NCBI RefSeq assembly: GCF_009914755.1
Contig: NC_060928.1
Length of the DNA stretch: 64,000 nt
Reading direction: 5' to 3' (one strand)
Source: the human T2T-CHM13v2.0 reference genome, Homo sapiens
Of the stretch, positions 11,135 to 24,267 are shown piece after piece. The notes below the pieces were generated by a model. That model ran no database searches and was not told where the DNA came from. It was given only the letters and a program-made list of their open reading frames with translations. The translations under genes were made by a program, and so were the position numbers. The first letter of the stretch is position 1, and each line of letters opens with the position of its first letter.

Positions 11135-14024
11135 TGCTGTGGACTATTAATGTTGGAGGCTTTTAATGTTTAAAGTAGTACAAGCTGCCATCAAACCTAG
11201 AACTCCACTAGATGGTATCTTTGAAAGATTGTCTTCTAGCTTTAATTGTAATAATTCCAGCAATGAGAACTAACTGACAAAAAGGCACATTTGATCTGAA
11301 TACTTGTTTTAACTGTATTTACTGAGGCAGGCATGATGTTAGTGAGCTAACACAGAAGACTGGATTGTCAAATCAGACTTACACAACTCGGAGATCTTAC
11401 CTGGTGTCAATGTTTACTAATAGTTTCATGGACACATACCACCAAGTGGCACAGGTAAAGCTGACAGCAGTCCAGAGCATTTGGTGGGACTCCACAGGTC
11501 TTTCCTTCCAGAATCAGATATAGAATCTCTGGCCCAACGTAATGGAGAAGGTCTCTAAGTGAGGTCTGTGAGTTCCTGCCCACAGTGGATTGTCTAGATT
11601 AAGAAACATCTCCATTTTATACCCCAGAGTGTGGTATAATCAATGTGACATGCTCTGGGAAACTATACCACATAAATCTTTAGATTCTAGGTCTATCTAC
11701 CACAAGTGATTCTAAACCAGGAACATCCTGCTAAAAAGATTGCATAAATAATTACCCACTTCTAGGAAACATCATGATTTCATTTGCCAGGAGTTCCAGT
11801 TATCAGCATGTTTACAGGAGGTTAGATTGGGTTAGCTTCCTTTTTTCTTTCCCTAGACTATTCTCCTGATAACTGGGAGAGAAATGGATTACTGGCCAGT
11901 TATTTGAATTTCTTCCTCCCTGGCTAAGTAGGGGAAATACAATGGTGAACACAACATACCAGGTCTCTGCCTTTGACTAATTCACTGATTGGGAGAGAAG
12001 AAGCAATCAGATGGGTTTAATAGAACCAGCTAGTCTACTGAGTACTGATCAAGAACACTTCTCATCTATGGTGGAAAGTTACACTTGTGAAAAACAACTC
12101 AATTTTAAACCAACAATTTTGATTTGGAGTGTCCATCCTTGTGAGTTTTGATTTGGGATTCATATTTGAAGCTGTCATTGTTTTTCTCTAGTCATAATAT
12201 TTAAATCTATATGACACACCTGTCACAATTTATAGTTTTATGTGCTTTTCCTTGCACCTCAGCTTCAGATGCTCTGGACGATGACTGTTTGTTTGTAAGT
12301 GTCAACATGCACACCTAAGTAAATGTTATGTTTACAGCATAGTCCATTTTTGAATATAGACTATTCCATAAGGAAGCAACTTAGATGAAAATCCATTTAA
12401 CTCTTTTCAACCATCACAGTAATAGATACACTCTCAGAAATTTATTTTAGTTATATGCATACAGAAGACCAATGATGGAGATCTATATAGCATGTTATGG
12501 GAACAGATAAGAGGGGCAAGTTCTCTCAGTTACATGGGCAGAGTCTTAAGGCATAAGAGGAATATAAACAAATCAAGAAGGGACAGGACATTTCAAGCAG
12601 AAGCAAGGCACTGAGAGAACAAACAGCTTGGTATGTACTAAAGTACAAGAAGTTTGATCTTTGTTGAACATTAAATGCCATGCAGAAGCGGAAGATATCG
12701 GAGCTGGTGCAGCAAGCAGGAACCAGATGGGTCATCAGAAATCTCTAGGAGCCATTAAAGAGCTCAGATTTTCTCTTGTTGACATGGTGAAGTAGGAATG
12801 CAATATAGTGGTTCAAATGACAGCTGTGACTGTTGGAAATGCATTTTTCTTTTCCTCCTATTAAGATTAAATCCACAACCCTGTTATTATTTCTGTCTGT
12901 TGTTTTTAGCCCTGGTTTTAAAACTAGTGAGGAAACATCTAATTTCTCCTGACAGTCCTCAGATATTTGAAGATAGAGCCTATGTTCCCTGAGCTTCTCC
13001 AAGGGTAGTATCTTCCTGGTTATGTGGCCTCCAGACATCTTATCATCCTGTTCTTCCCTTGATATGAGCACCTCCCAAGTGCCAGGGTTAAGGGATTGGC
13101 AGAGGTATGCTGTTTTTAGGATTGAGTGTGGGGAAGCAATTCAGCCTCAGATGCCAAGAAATTGGATGTTTCGCTCATCTCTGTGGAAATTCCCATTTTC
13201 CATTTGAAATTCAGTTTTTTGTTCCTTTCGTATCCAGGTATGATTTTCTTAAGGCTTCACTGATTCCAAGGAAATGTTCAAAATTCTCCATAAAGTTTCT
13301 ATATATTTTCTGGAATTTACTTCTTATGAAGCTCCTCTGTCTCATATTTCTGCAGTTATATGTCTTGTCTTTTAATGGCTATGTCAACTTAGTGCGTAGA
13401 ACAGGATGTGGTAGATGCCCAATAAATATTTTTTGAATGAATAAATAGACTCAAATTTATTCATTGAAATGAATAGATTCAGGTACAATTCAGCATTTTC
13501 ATTGGCTTCTTTCTAGCTTTAAGCGTTTTTTAATTTAAGAGGAATTTATTGAAGATTGATGGTCTCAACAGAGTAAGGCTGCAATTTTCTACTTTGTTCC
13601 TTTTCTCTATCCCTGTTCTCAAATTCTTTCTCCATTGTTCCCTGAAAGCTGCAAATTCTTTTTTCTCCATAATGGGTAATAATTCAGGTCTCCCTAGCTC
13701 CTATGGTTGTAACTATACATCTGTTAAAAAGGGTGCACTGATGAACGCCTAACAACTTGCTTTCCAAAAATTATCACCGTGGATGATTTCAAACTACTAA
13801 TGCAAAGTCAATGAATATTGCATCAGGAAGAGATTGAGCTCTTGAGAGCTATGATGAGCTGGTTCCAGTCCTCCACTGAAGGGCTCAAAAACCAAAGGAT
13901 CTGTCCTCCTCAGAGGATGGTTGAGATCACATACAGCTACTCTTTTTTCTGTTGTTACATTAAAAAAAAAAAAAAGCTATTCAGCATAAACTAGACTTTC
14001 TAAACTTGTAAACCAATGGTAATA

Positions 14025-14225
14025 AACTGGGAGGAGTGCTGCCCCCAAGAGGGGATTTGAAAATTCTCAGGGCTATCTGGGGCTGTAGCAGTAACTGGGA
14101 TACTACAGACATTTAGTGGGCAAAGGTCAGGAATGTTGGGTATTCTTCCACATGAAAGACAGTCCTGCACAACAAAGAATTGTACTGACCAAAAAGTCTA
14201 TGGTGAAATCCTTGGAAAATTCTGC
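14025..14225 (+). mobile_element. MER20-like hAT MITE, diverged
   Basis: 'tactacagacatttagtgggcaaaggtcagg...gacagtcctgcacaacaaagaattgtactgaccaaaaagtc'. Confidence 0.7.
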
Positions 14226-15049
14226 TCTGCACCATGCTTCCCACAGGTTGGCTTTCTGCCGGATCATAGTCCTTTATATTCTGCTAAACTTTTGTGAGGG
14301 AAATAATCACACCCTGCTGCTTACAGGAAAAGGAAGTCCTATGCTTAGTGACAGATGCTTATTTTATTTCTAAGTGATTGAAATCAAACGCATTGGAATG
14401 AAACTTTTTTCCCTATTAACCTTTAGCAGCATTTATAATGACCATGTTAAATCAAGCCTCATTACAATGCCATGGGGCCTGACTGAAATACTGCAGGTAT
14501 GATGCTGAGTAATTTCATAAATTATTAAGTGGTAATTGAAAGTAATATGGCAGAATACATTTTACTCCTGAGGGGGATAATACAGAAGACTTTGGAAGGA
14601 AATAAAGTTGGTTAAAATATAGCATATAGGAAAGAGTTGGAAGCTGGGTGGAGAGGAAGGGTAACAGAAGTCCCGGACATATCATTTAATTTTTGGCTTT
14701 GGGTGAAAATATGTATTTTGGATACTGGGGTTTCACTGACTGCTTAAGTGGTTAAGGCCCCTGCTTGAGACGTTGCAGACACTTCAACTCCTCTCTGACT
14801 TCCTGTGCCCAGGCAGTCATCAGAGCAAAAGGATCAAACTCAAATTATTTTTTTATACCAATTGTTTCTCCATGCCATGTCTTTATTTCAGTTACGATTC
14901 ACTTCAAGTCCTCACCTCCCAAAAGCTTTTCAGAAGCTTTATTCTAACAAAAATCCCCAACAGTGAAGCAGTTAATGCTTGTTGTGAAAAACTAAAATAA
15001 TAAAGAATATAGAATTACAGCAGGGAAAGTCTCTTATTGTCACACACAG

Positions 15050-15669
15050 CCTTTACTAGAGGCAATATATTCCTCCAGATCCACACATATAGCACTTTAA
15101 AAGCTTAGTTTTCTAACAAACACTCATACTATATGGACTGTTCTACAACTTGCTCTTTTTATTCAATATTATAGCTTAGACATCGTTTTATGTCTACACA
15201 TTTAGATCTAAACTTTAAAATATTTTTAAAATTATAAGCATACTGCAAAGCATACATAATTTTTGTGATTTCTATTTTTAATCACAAGTGAATATACCTG
15301 TGTAACCTCTACTTACCACTGTCCTTGAATTCTCCCTCACATCCCTCCCAGTCATTAACCCATCCTTCCTGAATGTAACCACTATTCTAAATTATCTCGC
15401 CACAGAGTAGTTCTGCCGTTTCTTGAGATTAATATAAGTGAAATCATTCAATATCAACTCTTTTGTGTCTGGATTCCTTTGCTTGTTATAGCTATGAAAT
15501 TTTTCCACATTATAGCATGGAATAGTGGTATAGTGGTTCATTTTTATTGCTATATAGTATTCTATTGTGTGAATGTACCATAATCTATTCATTTTCCTTT
15601 AGTTGACTTTTAGATTGTAGTTTTGAGTTGCTCTGAATAATGACTGTTTACTTATGTGTCTTTTGATAA

Positions 15670-15712
<43 letters not shown>

Positions 15713-15890
15713 TTTTTCTTGAATACATACCTAGGAGTGGAATTGCTCTGATGTAAATAATGTGCATATTCAGCATTAGCTGCTGCCACCAAGAGCTTTG
15801 CCAAAGCAACTATAAATAATTCGGGTGTTCACAGGCTATGTGTGAGGATTCCAGTTGCTCTATATCTTTGCCAATACTTGGTATAGTAGG
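15050..15890 (-). mobile_element. Old L1 (L1ME-type) 3' fragments
   Basis: 'cattttttattgctatatagtattctattgtgtgaatgtaccataat', 'atacctaggagtggaattgct'. Confidence 0.75.
15672..15710. repeat. (AC)~19 microsatellite
   Basis: Direct reading. Confidence 0.97.
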
Positions 15891-15942
15891 TTTTATTTTT
15901 GTTATTTATTTATTTATTTCAACAGTTTTTGTGGAAGAGTTG

Positions 15943-16314
15943 TGTATTAGTCTGTTTTCATGCTGTTGATAAAGACATGCCTGAGACTGGGTAATTTATA
16001 CAGGAAAAAGGGTTTAATGGATTTACAGTTTTATGTGGCTGAGGAGGCCTCACAATCATGGCAGAAGGTAAGGAGGAGCAAGTCACATCTTACATGGATG
16101 GCAGCAGGCAAAAAGAGAGAGCTTGTGCAGGGAAACTCCCCCTCATAGAACCATCAGATCTCTTGAGAGTTCTTCACTATGATGAGAACAGTGCAGGAAA
16201 GACTCGCCCCCATGATTCAATCACCTTGCACTGGGTTTCTCCCACGACACATGGGAATTATAGGAGCTACAAGTCAAGATGAGATTTGGGTGGGGACACA
16301 ACCAAACCATATCA
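15943..16314 (-). mobile_element. THE1 solo LTR (THE1B-like)
   Basis: Reverse strand starts 'tgatatggtttggttgtgtccccaccc' and ends 'ctaataca'; 5-bp TSD agttg/aggtg. Confidence 0.93.
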
Positions 16315-16796
16315 AGGTGGTTTTTGGTTTTTGGTTTGGATCTTCATTTTGAAAGATATTTTTTTAGTTACTAGCAAAAGCATTTTAGACTGATAAGTTA
16401 TTTTTGTCCAGTATTTAAACATTCATTATATTGTCTTTGGCTTCCGTAATTTCTGCTAAAAAATCAGAGGATATATTTTTTTCTCTCTGCTTTTAAGAGT
16501 TTCACTCTATGTTTTTTAACAGTTTGTCTATGATGTTTCTTTTGTGTTTTTTTCTTTCTTTCATGTTTCTTTTTTCATGTTGCTCAAGTTCTGAGATACT
16601 CTTGGATCTGTGTCTTTTCACCAGTTTAGAAAAATTCTGAGCCAGTCTGTCTTTAAATACTCATCTGATCAATTCTCTCTCTCTTTTTTTCTGGGACTCT
16701 AATGAGACATATGTTAGACATTTCCATTTATGTTCCAAGTATCTTTTACTTTTCCTCTCTATATTCATTTCTCTACTTGATGCATCAATGTAAACT

Positions 16797-17019
16797 CTTT
16801 TTGTTTTTTAAAAATTATAGATTTAGGGAGTATAAGTGCAGTTTTGTTACATGGATATATTGCATAGTGGTAAAGAAAGCTTCTGCACAGCAAAAGAAAT
16901 AATCAACAGAGTGAAAGGACAACCTGTAGAATGGGAGAAAATATTTTCTAACTATGCATCTGACAAATAACTAATATCCAGAATCTACAAAGAACTCAAA
17001 TATTTTAACAAAAACAATA
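16797..17019. mobile_element. 5'-inverted (twin-primed) L1 insertion, L1PB/L1MA age
   Basis: Minus-strand 3' end to ~16872, then plus-strand ORF2 'aaagcttctgcacagcaaaagaaataatcaacagagtg'; TSD-like aatgtaaact / aatataaact. Confidence 0.8.
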
Positions 17020-17521
17020 AATATAAACTTTTTTTAACTGATCTGTGTTCCAGTTCACTAATTCTCTTTTTTTGCTTTCTTTAATCTGCCTTTGACTTTT
17101 AATTTAGTTATTATATTTTTCCATTTTAGAATTTTCCTTTTTTTTCAATATTATGTTTAGATGGTAATACTTTTCACCCTTTCACATTTTATTGAATTCA
17201 TTAATCCTAGTTTCTTTAAAGTCCCTATGTGAGAACTCAATTGTGTGATCATCTTTGGGTAAGTTTCTATGGTTTATTTATTCATTGATTTTTGATCATT
17301 TGTCCTTTTCTATTGGTATGACATGCATTTTTTGATTAAATGCCTTACATTATGTCAGCATTAGAAGCTCTGGATATCATTACTTTCCTGAAGGAGCATT
17401 TACTTTTCTTCTGGCAGTTATATAAAATATGAGAACTCCTTGATCCAATTAAACCTGAGTTTCTGGTTTTATTAGGACTTATCTGTTTATGAGTTCCCTT
17501 CCTCTTGGGAATACCCTTTAA

Positions 17522-17675
17522 GCAAGCTTGTCTAATCTGTGGCTTGTGGGCTGCATGCGGCCCAGGACAGCTTTGAATGTGGCCCAACACAAATTCATAA
17601 ACTTTCTTAAAACCTTATGAGATTCTTATTCTTCTTCCAATGTGGCCCAGGGAAGCCAGAAATTGGACACCCCTG
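17522..17675. mobile_element. MER30 hAT MITE, internally deleted
   Basis: 'gcatgcggcccaggacagctttgaatgtggcccaacacaaattc...aatgtggcccagggaagccagaaattggacacccctg'. Confidence 0.85.
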
Positions 17676-18214
17676 AAGTATTCTCAGTGGAAGGTCTGGG
17701 TTTTCTATCAGGACCTTTCTTCCATGATGGACTCTGGACTCCAGTTTTCCTCTCCCCATCACCATGAGACTGCCTAAATCTCTCCATAGCTTTTTAGCTT
17801 CTTAGCAGCTGATTTCTGCCTTACTTTTCATTAAGTAGCTCTACGACTGTACAGTTTAGGAATCAGGAAGTAATTTAATGACAAATAACATGTGTTCTTT
17901 TGGGCTCACTTTTCTTCAGAGCTCTTTTCTCTGTGATCTGGGCTCCTCTATCCCTGGCTGCTTTAGTTACCCTTACTTCCAATTCTTACCTTTCTATTTC
18001 AGTGAGACTGCTGCAGACTCTATGCCATTGCTTTCTGTTTGCCTTCTGTGCTCCTTGCTGCAGATTAGCAAAACCCCAAGGAAAAAGCAACTTTGGAAGG
18101 AGGGCTTATTTTAGTACTTTTCCTTTTTCTGGGGAGTATGACCCCTCAATTTTTATATGCCTTGGTTGTTCTCTGATACCTCCAAAAAGTATTGCTTTTT
18201 TCTCTTTCCTTGCT

Positions 18215-18960
18215 TAAAATAGACTTTAGTTTTTTAAGAGCACTTTTAGGTTCACAGCAAAATTGAAAAGGAGGTACAGAGCAGCAAAGTTGAGCACAGT
18301 TTTAGGTTCACAGCAAAACTGAGCAAGATGTAGAGATTTTCCATGTATCCCCCACCCCCACACATGCACAGCCTCCCTCATTATCAATATCCTACACCAG
18401 AGTGGTACATTTATTACAACTGATGAGCCTACATTGACACATTATCACCCAGAGTCCATAGTTTACATAAAGGTTTACTCTTGATACTGTACATCTTGTG
18501 GGTTTTGACATGTATAATGATGTGTATTCAGCATTATAATGTCATACAGTGTAGTTTCACTGCCCTAAAAATTCTCTGTGCTCTGCCTACTCATCCCTCC
18601 CTCTCCACTAATCCCTGTAAACCATTGGTCTTTTTATTATCTCCATAGCTTTGCCTTTTTCAGAATGTCATATAGTTGGAATTCTATAGTATATAGCCTT
18701 TTAAAATTGGCTGCTTTCACATTATTAAGCAAGCATTTAAGTTTCCTCCATGTCTTTTCATAGCTTGAGAGCTCATTTCTTTTTAGCACTGAATAATATT
18801 CTATTTTATGGAATAATTTATGGATTCATTTACATACTGAAGGATATCCTGGTTTCTTCCAAGTTTTGGCAACTATGAATAAAGCTGCTGTAAATACCTA
18901 TGTGCAGGCTTTTGTGTGGAGATAAGTTTTCAGTTTCTTTAAGTAAATACTAAGGATCAT
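18215..18960 (-). mobile_element. L1MC1-like 3' end
   Basis: 'ttttaggttcacagcaaaa...ccagagtggtacatttattacaactgatgagcctacattgacac...gtttcactgccctaaaa'. Confidence 0.85.
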
Positions 18961-20459
18961 AAATAAATGTCTTTTAAATAAATATATTATCCAACTTTTA
19001 GGTTGTTCTCAATAGGAGGTTTAGTATGGCACAAGCTATTCAACAACGGTGACTGCTTTATTCATTTTGAAGAGTACATAGAACTTCAAATCTATTTGTA
19101 TATGTATATGTACATGTATATGTACTATCAATTAATTGTTTAGTCCCCTTTTTGACTTCTGGTCTTTTCTCTATTATGAACAATGTTACATGAACATTCT
19201 TGTGATACGGCTTTGTGCAACTGTACAATTATTTCTTTAGAATCAATTGCTGAGACTGGAATTTCTGGAGATGGCCTGCATCAATTTGCCCATTGTCTAT
19301 TAGCCAGAACTCACCTCATTTCAGGATAGACTTGGAAATGTAGAACTTTTCTAAGTATAGAATGAGGAAATGATGTAAATGCAGCATTGTTTTTGCTACT
19401 AACTACTTTCTAACTAGTTCTTCTATATTGCTTTATCACTTATCCAAAAATACCACATAAGTCACCAACAGATGAAAATCTTTTAGGATTTTTCCCTTTG
19501 AATGAATTTTTGACTTCTTAAAAATGTATTAAGGGATAGAACCTCAAAGGAAGACAGTTTTGTTTTGCATTTCTGAATCTAGTTTTCTTATTTTCTTATC
19601 CTGATAGTTACTTATTCCTTTTGATTGAAGGAGATAATAGGAGGGGTTCAGAAGGGCTCTAGTTCACAATTGGCTAGAGATGGTCATACTTACTGAGGCA
19701 AGTTCTCTCTAAACACTATTGCAGCTCACATAGTAGCGGCAGGAGAGAGACAAAAATAGGGATGGACATTGGTTTTACTACATCTTAGTAATATGACTTT
19801 GGGTGAACTATGGAACCTTTCTGTACCTCTGTGGTTTCAGTGGTATAACAGCTTTGATGATTGGATAAAATGGATTCCGTCCTATTGTGCCTCATCAGTC
19901 TCCATTTTAAAAAATCACCAGAAAACATAGGGTTTGATTTTGAGACAAGACAGGAGTCTGAGCCATAAGGGAGCACTAGGTTTGTGTGTGTGTGTAATCC
20001 ACACTCAATATCTCAGGCTAGGAAGCAGGGCACACATTCATCTCCAGCTAATTTTTATTTATTTGGAACCATTCAGATCAATCTTTGTAGAATCAGCAAA
20101 CACTTCAGGTACACAACTTTAGGTGTTAAGTGCCTCCTCTGCTTCCTGCTAGAAGTGGGTCTCTTGAGAGTCATCTGTTTTTAATCTGCAGGAGAGGAAC
20201 GACTCAGAGGGAGCCGTGCCTGCCTGGCATTTGAGCTCTCCTCCTTAGGAAATGAGAGTCCTCAAAGTCCATAATCTGGTTTTGTTTGAGTCACTCGGTT
20301 GTCTGTTTACAAACGGGGTTAATGAGCTCAGGGGTAGAACCCTCTTGTGGGCATAACCCCTGAGTACCTTCTCTGAAATAACACAACATCAACCAGAATA
20401 AAAGTCATTGCTGTTGGTAATCCGACTACCCTTGGTTTGAAAGTACATACCAAGAAGCA

Positions 20460-20665
20460 AATAGCCCAGTTAGGATTTGATCTTTGAGATTTATTAGCTC
20501 TGTGAGCTGAGGAAAGTTGCCTAAACTATTAATGTCTCAGTTTCCTTGTATGTAAAGAATAATAGTACTATCCCTACAGGTCCTTGTTAGGATTAAGTAA
20601 GATAATTTATGAAAAGTAGTCTGAATAGTGCCTAGGACATAGTAAGTCCTATAAATATTAGATAG
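20460..20665 (+). mobile_element. MIR
   Basis: 'tctcagtttccttgtatgtaaagaataatagtac...gttaggattaagtaagataat'. Confidence 0.75.
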
Positions 20666-21039
20666 CTTTGTTATAAATCATTATTGTTTTCCTTCATTTA
20701 ATTTATACAATACCTCTCTAAAGTAGATGTTTTATTATTTATTTATTTATGTAAGGTAGATATTCATTTTATTTCCCTTTTACAGATGAGAATACTAAGA
20801 CAATGGTCAAGTGACTCACCCAAGCTAACCACATTTAGTAAGTGGTTGAATTGGAATTCAGAACCGGCAGTTTGGATAAATATGATCAAATAATGAGAGA
20901 AATGTTACATGGCCTCAAGGAGAGTTATATTACACAGTAATTGAGAGGTAGATTATGATGGCTCATGCCACATGATTGTGGTTTCTGCCTAAGTTTTCAG
21001 CTTTATAAAAGTATGTGGGATTGATAAAAGCTACATAAC

Positions 21040-21255
21040 TTTGGGTTAAGGGTTCAAGGCCTGGGGTCAGACAATTTTTGGTTCAAACTCAAATTCTCCC
21101 TCTTATTAGTTGTGTCACTTTCAGTGAGTTACTTAAGCTGTCTAAGCCCAAGTTTCTTGATCTGCAAAATTGTAATAATGCTGTTGTATATTAATGAATA
21201 TAAACTACTTAGCAAATATCCCAGTGCATCATAAGTCCTCAAAAAGTGTTGGCTA
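21040..21255 (+). mobile_element. MIR
   Basis: 'ggttaagggttcaaggcctggggtcagac...gagttacttaagctgtctaagcccaagtttcttgatctgcaaaat'. Confidence 0.75.
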
Positions 21256-21307
21256 TTGTGGTGGATTCCAAAATGGCCTTAGTTCTTCTCTTTCTCTGTA
21301 TTGAGGC

Positions 21308-21619
21308 TTTTTGTTGTTGTTTTTTTGTTTGTTTGAGACAAGTTCTCACTCTTTTGCCCAGCCTGGAATGCAGTGGTGCGATCATGGCTCACTGCAGCCT
21401 TGAACTCCTGGGCTCAATCAATCCTCCTGCCTGAGCCTCCTGAGTAGCTGGGACCACCGGTGTGTACCACCATGCCTGGCTATGTTTTTAAAAGTGTTTT
21501 TGTAGAGGCAGGCTCTTGCCATGTTATCCAGGCTGGTCTAGCAATCCTGGGATAAAACCATCCTCCCACCTTGGCCTCCCAAAGTGATGGGATTACCGGT
21601 GTGAGCCACCTCACCAGGC
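21308..21619 (-). mobile_element. AluJ, full length
   Basis: J-type 'gatcatggctcactgcagccttgaactcctgggctcaa'; TSD-like tctgtattga / tctatattga. Confidence 0.93.
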
Positions 21620-22269
21620 TCTATATTGACACTGTTTACCATGTAACTTTGAAGTGCCTTTTGCTCTACCTTTAGACTCAGCCACATGAGTTGCTTTAGC
21701 CAATACTATGAGGTGGACATAGCAGTATGCCAGTTGCAGGTCTCTTTCATCTTGGTCATCTCTGTGAGAAATTTGCACATCCTCGCCTGCTGGGGAGATA
21801 AGAGATGTGTGGAGCTGAGTCGAGTCATAGAGTCTGATGCAGATCTGGGGTTTGAGCCCAGTTCTATCTGACTTGAAAACCAGAGGTCTTGTCCACTCTG
21901 CTAGTCTTCACAGTATTATTATTGCTGTAGGTAAGCTGGAGGCAGATATAAGACAGCACTTTTCTTTGGCATTAGATTGGGTTACCTAGAAAGATTGCAA
22001 AATCAGCTGCTATTTAACCAAGATGTAATTACAACAAAGAATAGTAACAGTGAGAGAGAGGGGAAAAAATTTTCATTATAAGAACAAAATAGGTTTTCTA
22101 AAATGTACGCAAGTAATACAGGACAGCACCTCCATAGTGGTGTCTAATGTATAACTTCCTTTGTCATACATGAGCCCAAATTTGGTAGAGTGTGACTTCT
22201 TGCTATGACTGATGCCTTTGAGATCCCTAGGCTGAAATGAGCTAGGTGGAGTTCTGCTGGCCTCTAGAG

Positions 22270-22835
22270 AATTGGTATTTCATAACAAAGAATTTGGCCT
22301 TTGTCTCTAGTTTCTGGGAAGGGGACTCTAAATCTTTGGAATTTCCTAAGATTGAGTTTAATTATGTAGCCAGTTATTTAATCAATCATGACTGTATAAT
22401 AAATCCCCAATGAGAGCCCTAGACATTGAAGCTTTGTGGAGCCTCCTGGTTGTTGAACACATTGATGTACCAGAAGAACAACATGTCCTGATTCCACAGG
22501 GAGAAGGCAAGAAGCTTTGCCTTTAGGACTTTCCCAGACTTTGCCCTGTGTGTCTTCATTTGGCAGGTACTGATTTGTGTCTGTTACAGTAAAACTGTAA
22601 TGATAAAGATAGCACTTTTCTGAGTTCTGTGAGTTCTAATAAACTATCTAACCTGAGGGGTGTTTTGAGAAGACCCCAGATTTGGAGTCAGTTGATCAGA
22701 AGGGCGGGTAATCTGAGATCTCCGAATTTGTGGCCGCTGTCTGATGTGAGGGTAGTCATGTTGGGGACTGTATCTTTAATTTGTGAGGTCTGACACTACC
22801 TTCAGGTAGTGTCAGATTGCATTGCAGTATTGCAA
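22270..22835 (+). mobile_element. MER21-family LTR
   Basis: 'ttggcctttgtctctagtttctggg...ctctaaatctttggaatttcct', 'gcacttttctgagttctgtgag', 'caggtagtgtcagattgcattg'. Confidence 0.7.
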
Positions 22836-23867
22836 TTGACTAGATGACCTTACATGCTTTTTCTTTAAAAAAATAATATTCCATTACATGATAATAATGT
22901 TTGCATATTCTTACTAAAAGTGAAATTTTATAGATGTCAAAATCTTCTTTGTCCATTTCCTCCCCAATCTAATTTATCTTCCCTTCCTCTCAGAATAAAC
23001 CACTGTGCTTCTTTATTATGTAATTTTCCGTCTGTAGTAAGTGCATTTACATATATATACATCTCCAGAGACAATATAAAGTGTTATTTTGTGTTTTGGT
23101 TTTATTTGACATGAAAAACATTATATTTGCGTATTTATCTGAAACTTATTTTTCTTCAGTGAATGCTTTTTTGTAGATCTAATACTTATAGAGCTACCTC
23201 ATTAAACACAAAATCAAGCAAAATACTCCTGTTTTTCAATTTCCCTATTGAAGTAACCCATGTAGGTTTCTTTCTAATTAGCTATCTTTTCAACTAAGGT
23301 TGCAATAAATGTCCTTGAAGATGCTTTTTCAGACCCATGTAGGAGTACTTCTCTAGGGAGAGTATCCTTGAAAGTACCTGCCACATGCCTTTGGAAATTT
23401 TAGTGTTGATTCAATTATTTTTGACCCTATTGAAAATCTATTGACACTTTGCTGATTTAGAATCAATGCCTAAAAGTTCTTGCATTTGTGCATTAGGTGA
23501 TGATGAGGAACTATTTGGTGGTAGGTGGATTATCTGTCAATTGACCACCAAGGTCACAGAGATTTTATTTTGGCTGAAGGAAAACAGTCTATTTTTGCTT
23601 ATCATAAGTTGTAAGCATTCAGAAAGCATAATTCCTTCAGGAAGAATGAATAAACATTTAGTGAATGTTGGTAATTTTGCAAGTGACAGTCACATTTGCA
23701 TGTTTTATCTATGAGTGTGTGTGTGGGATCTGTGTATGTGTGTGTGTGTGTGTGTTTACCTGCAGGTGCACTTGCATATATAAGAAAATGATTTTAACTT
23801 AAAGATGAAGTTCCATGTTCCTGAATTTCTTCCCCAATCCTGGCAAGTGCTAGTCATAGAATAAGTG

Positions 23868-24267
23868 TGTATTGGTCAGCTCAGGCTGCTATAACAAGAT
23901 AATGTAGACTGGGTGGCTTACACGACAGATATTTAGTTCTTACAGTATGGAGGCTGGGAAGTCCAAGATCAAGGTATGTGATTTGATTCCTGGTGAGGGC
24001 CCTCTTTCTGGCTTGCAGAAGAATTCCTTCTTATTTTGTCCTCACATGGTAGAGAGAGAACTCTGGTAGATACTTCTTTGAGGGGCACTTACAGCTCTTT
24101 CTTCTTTTAAGGGTATTAACCCCATCATGGGGGCCTCGCCCTCATGACCTCATCTAAACCTGATTACCTGCCAAAGGCCCCATCTCCAAATACCATCATA
24201 TTTGGGGTTAGGACTTCAACATATCAATTTGGGGTGGGGGTGGGATACAGACATTAAGTCCATAACC
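23868..24267 (-). mobile_element. MLT1A-like solo LTR
   Basis: 'tgtattggtcagctcaggctgctataac...ggaggctgggaagtccaagatcaagg...ccataac'; perfect 5-bp TSD aagtg on both sides. Confidence 0.9.

Larger units (their letters stand above)
16340..18210 (-). mobile_element. Ancient L1M 5'/ORF1-region remnant with nested younger insertions
   Basis: 'ttttgaaagatatttttt...attgtctttggcttccgtaatttctgctaaaaaatcag', 'ttcactaattctcttt' are typical of reverse-strand L1M ORF1 regions. Confidence 0.6.

Noticed and set aside
20351-20364. 'gcataacccct' resembling the start of the T7 terminator
   Set aside because: Only ~11 bp match, the rest is absent; chance, not vector contamination
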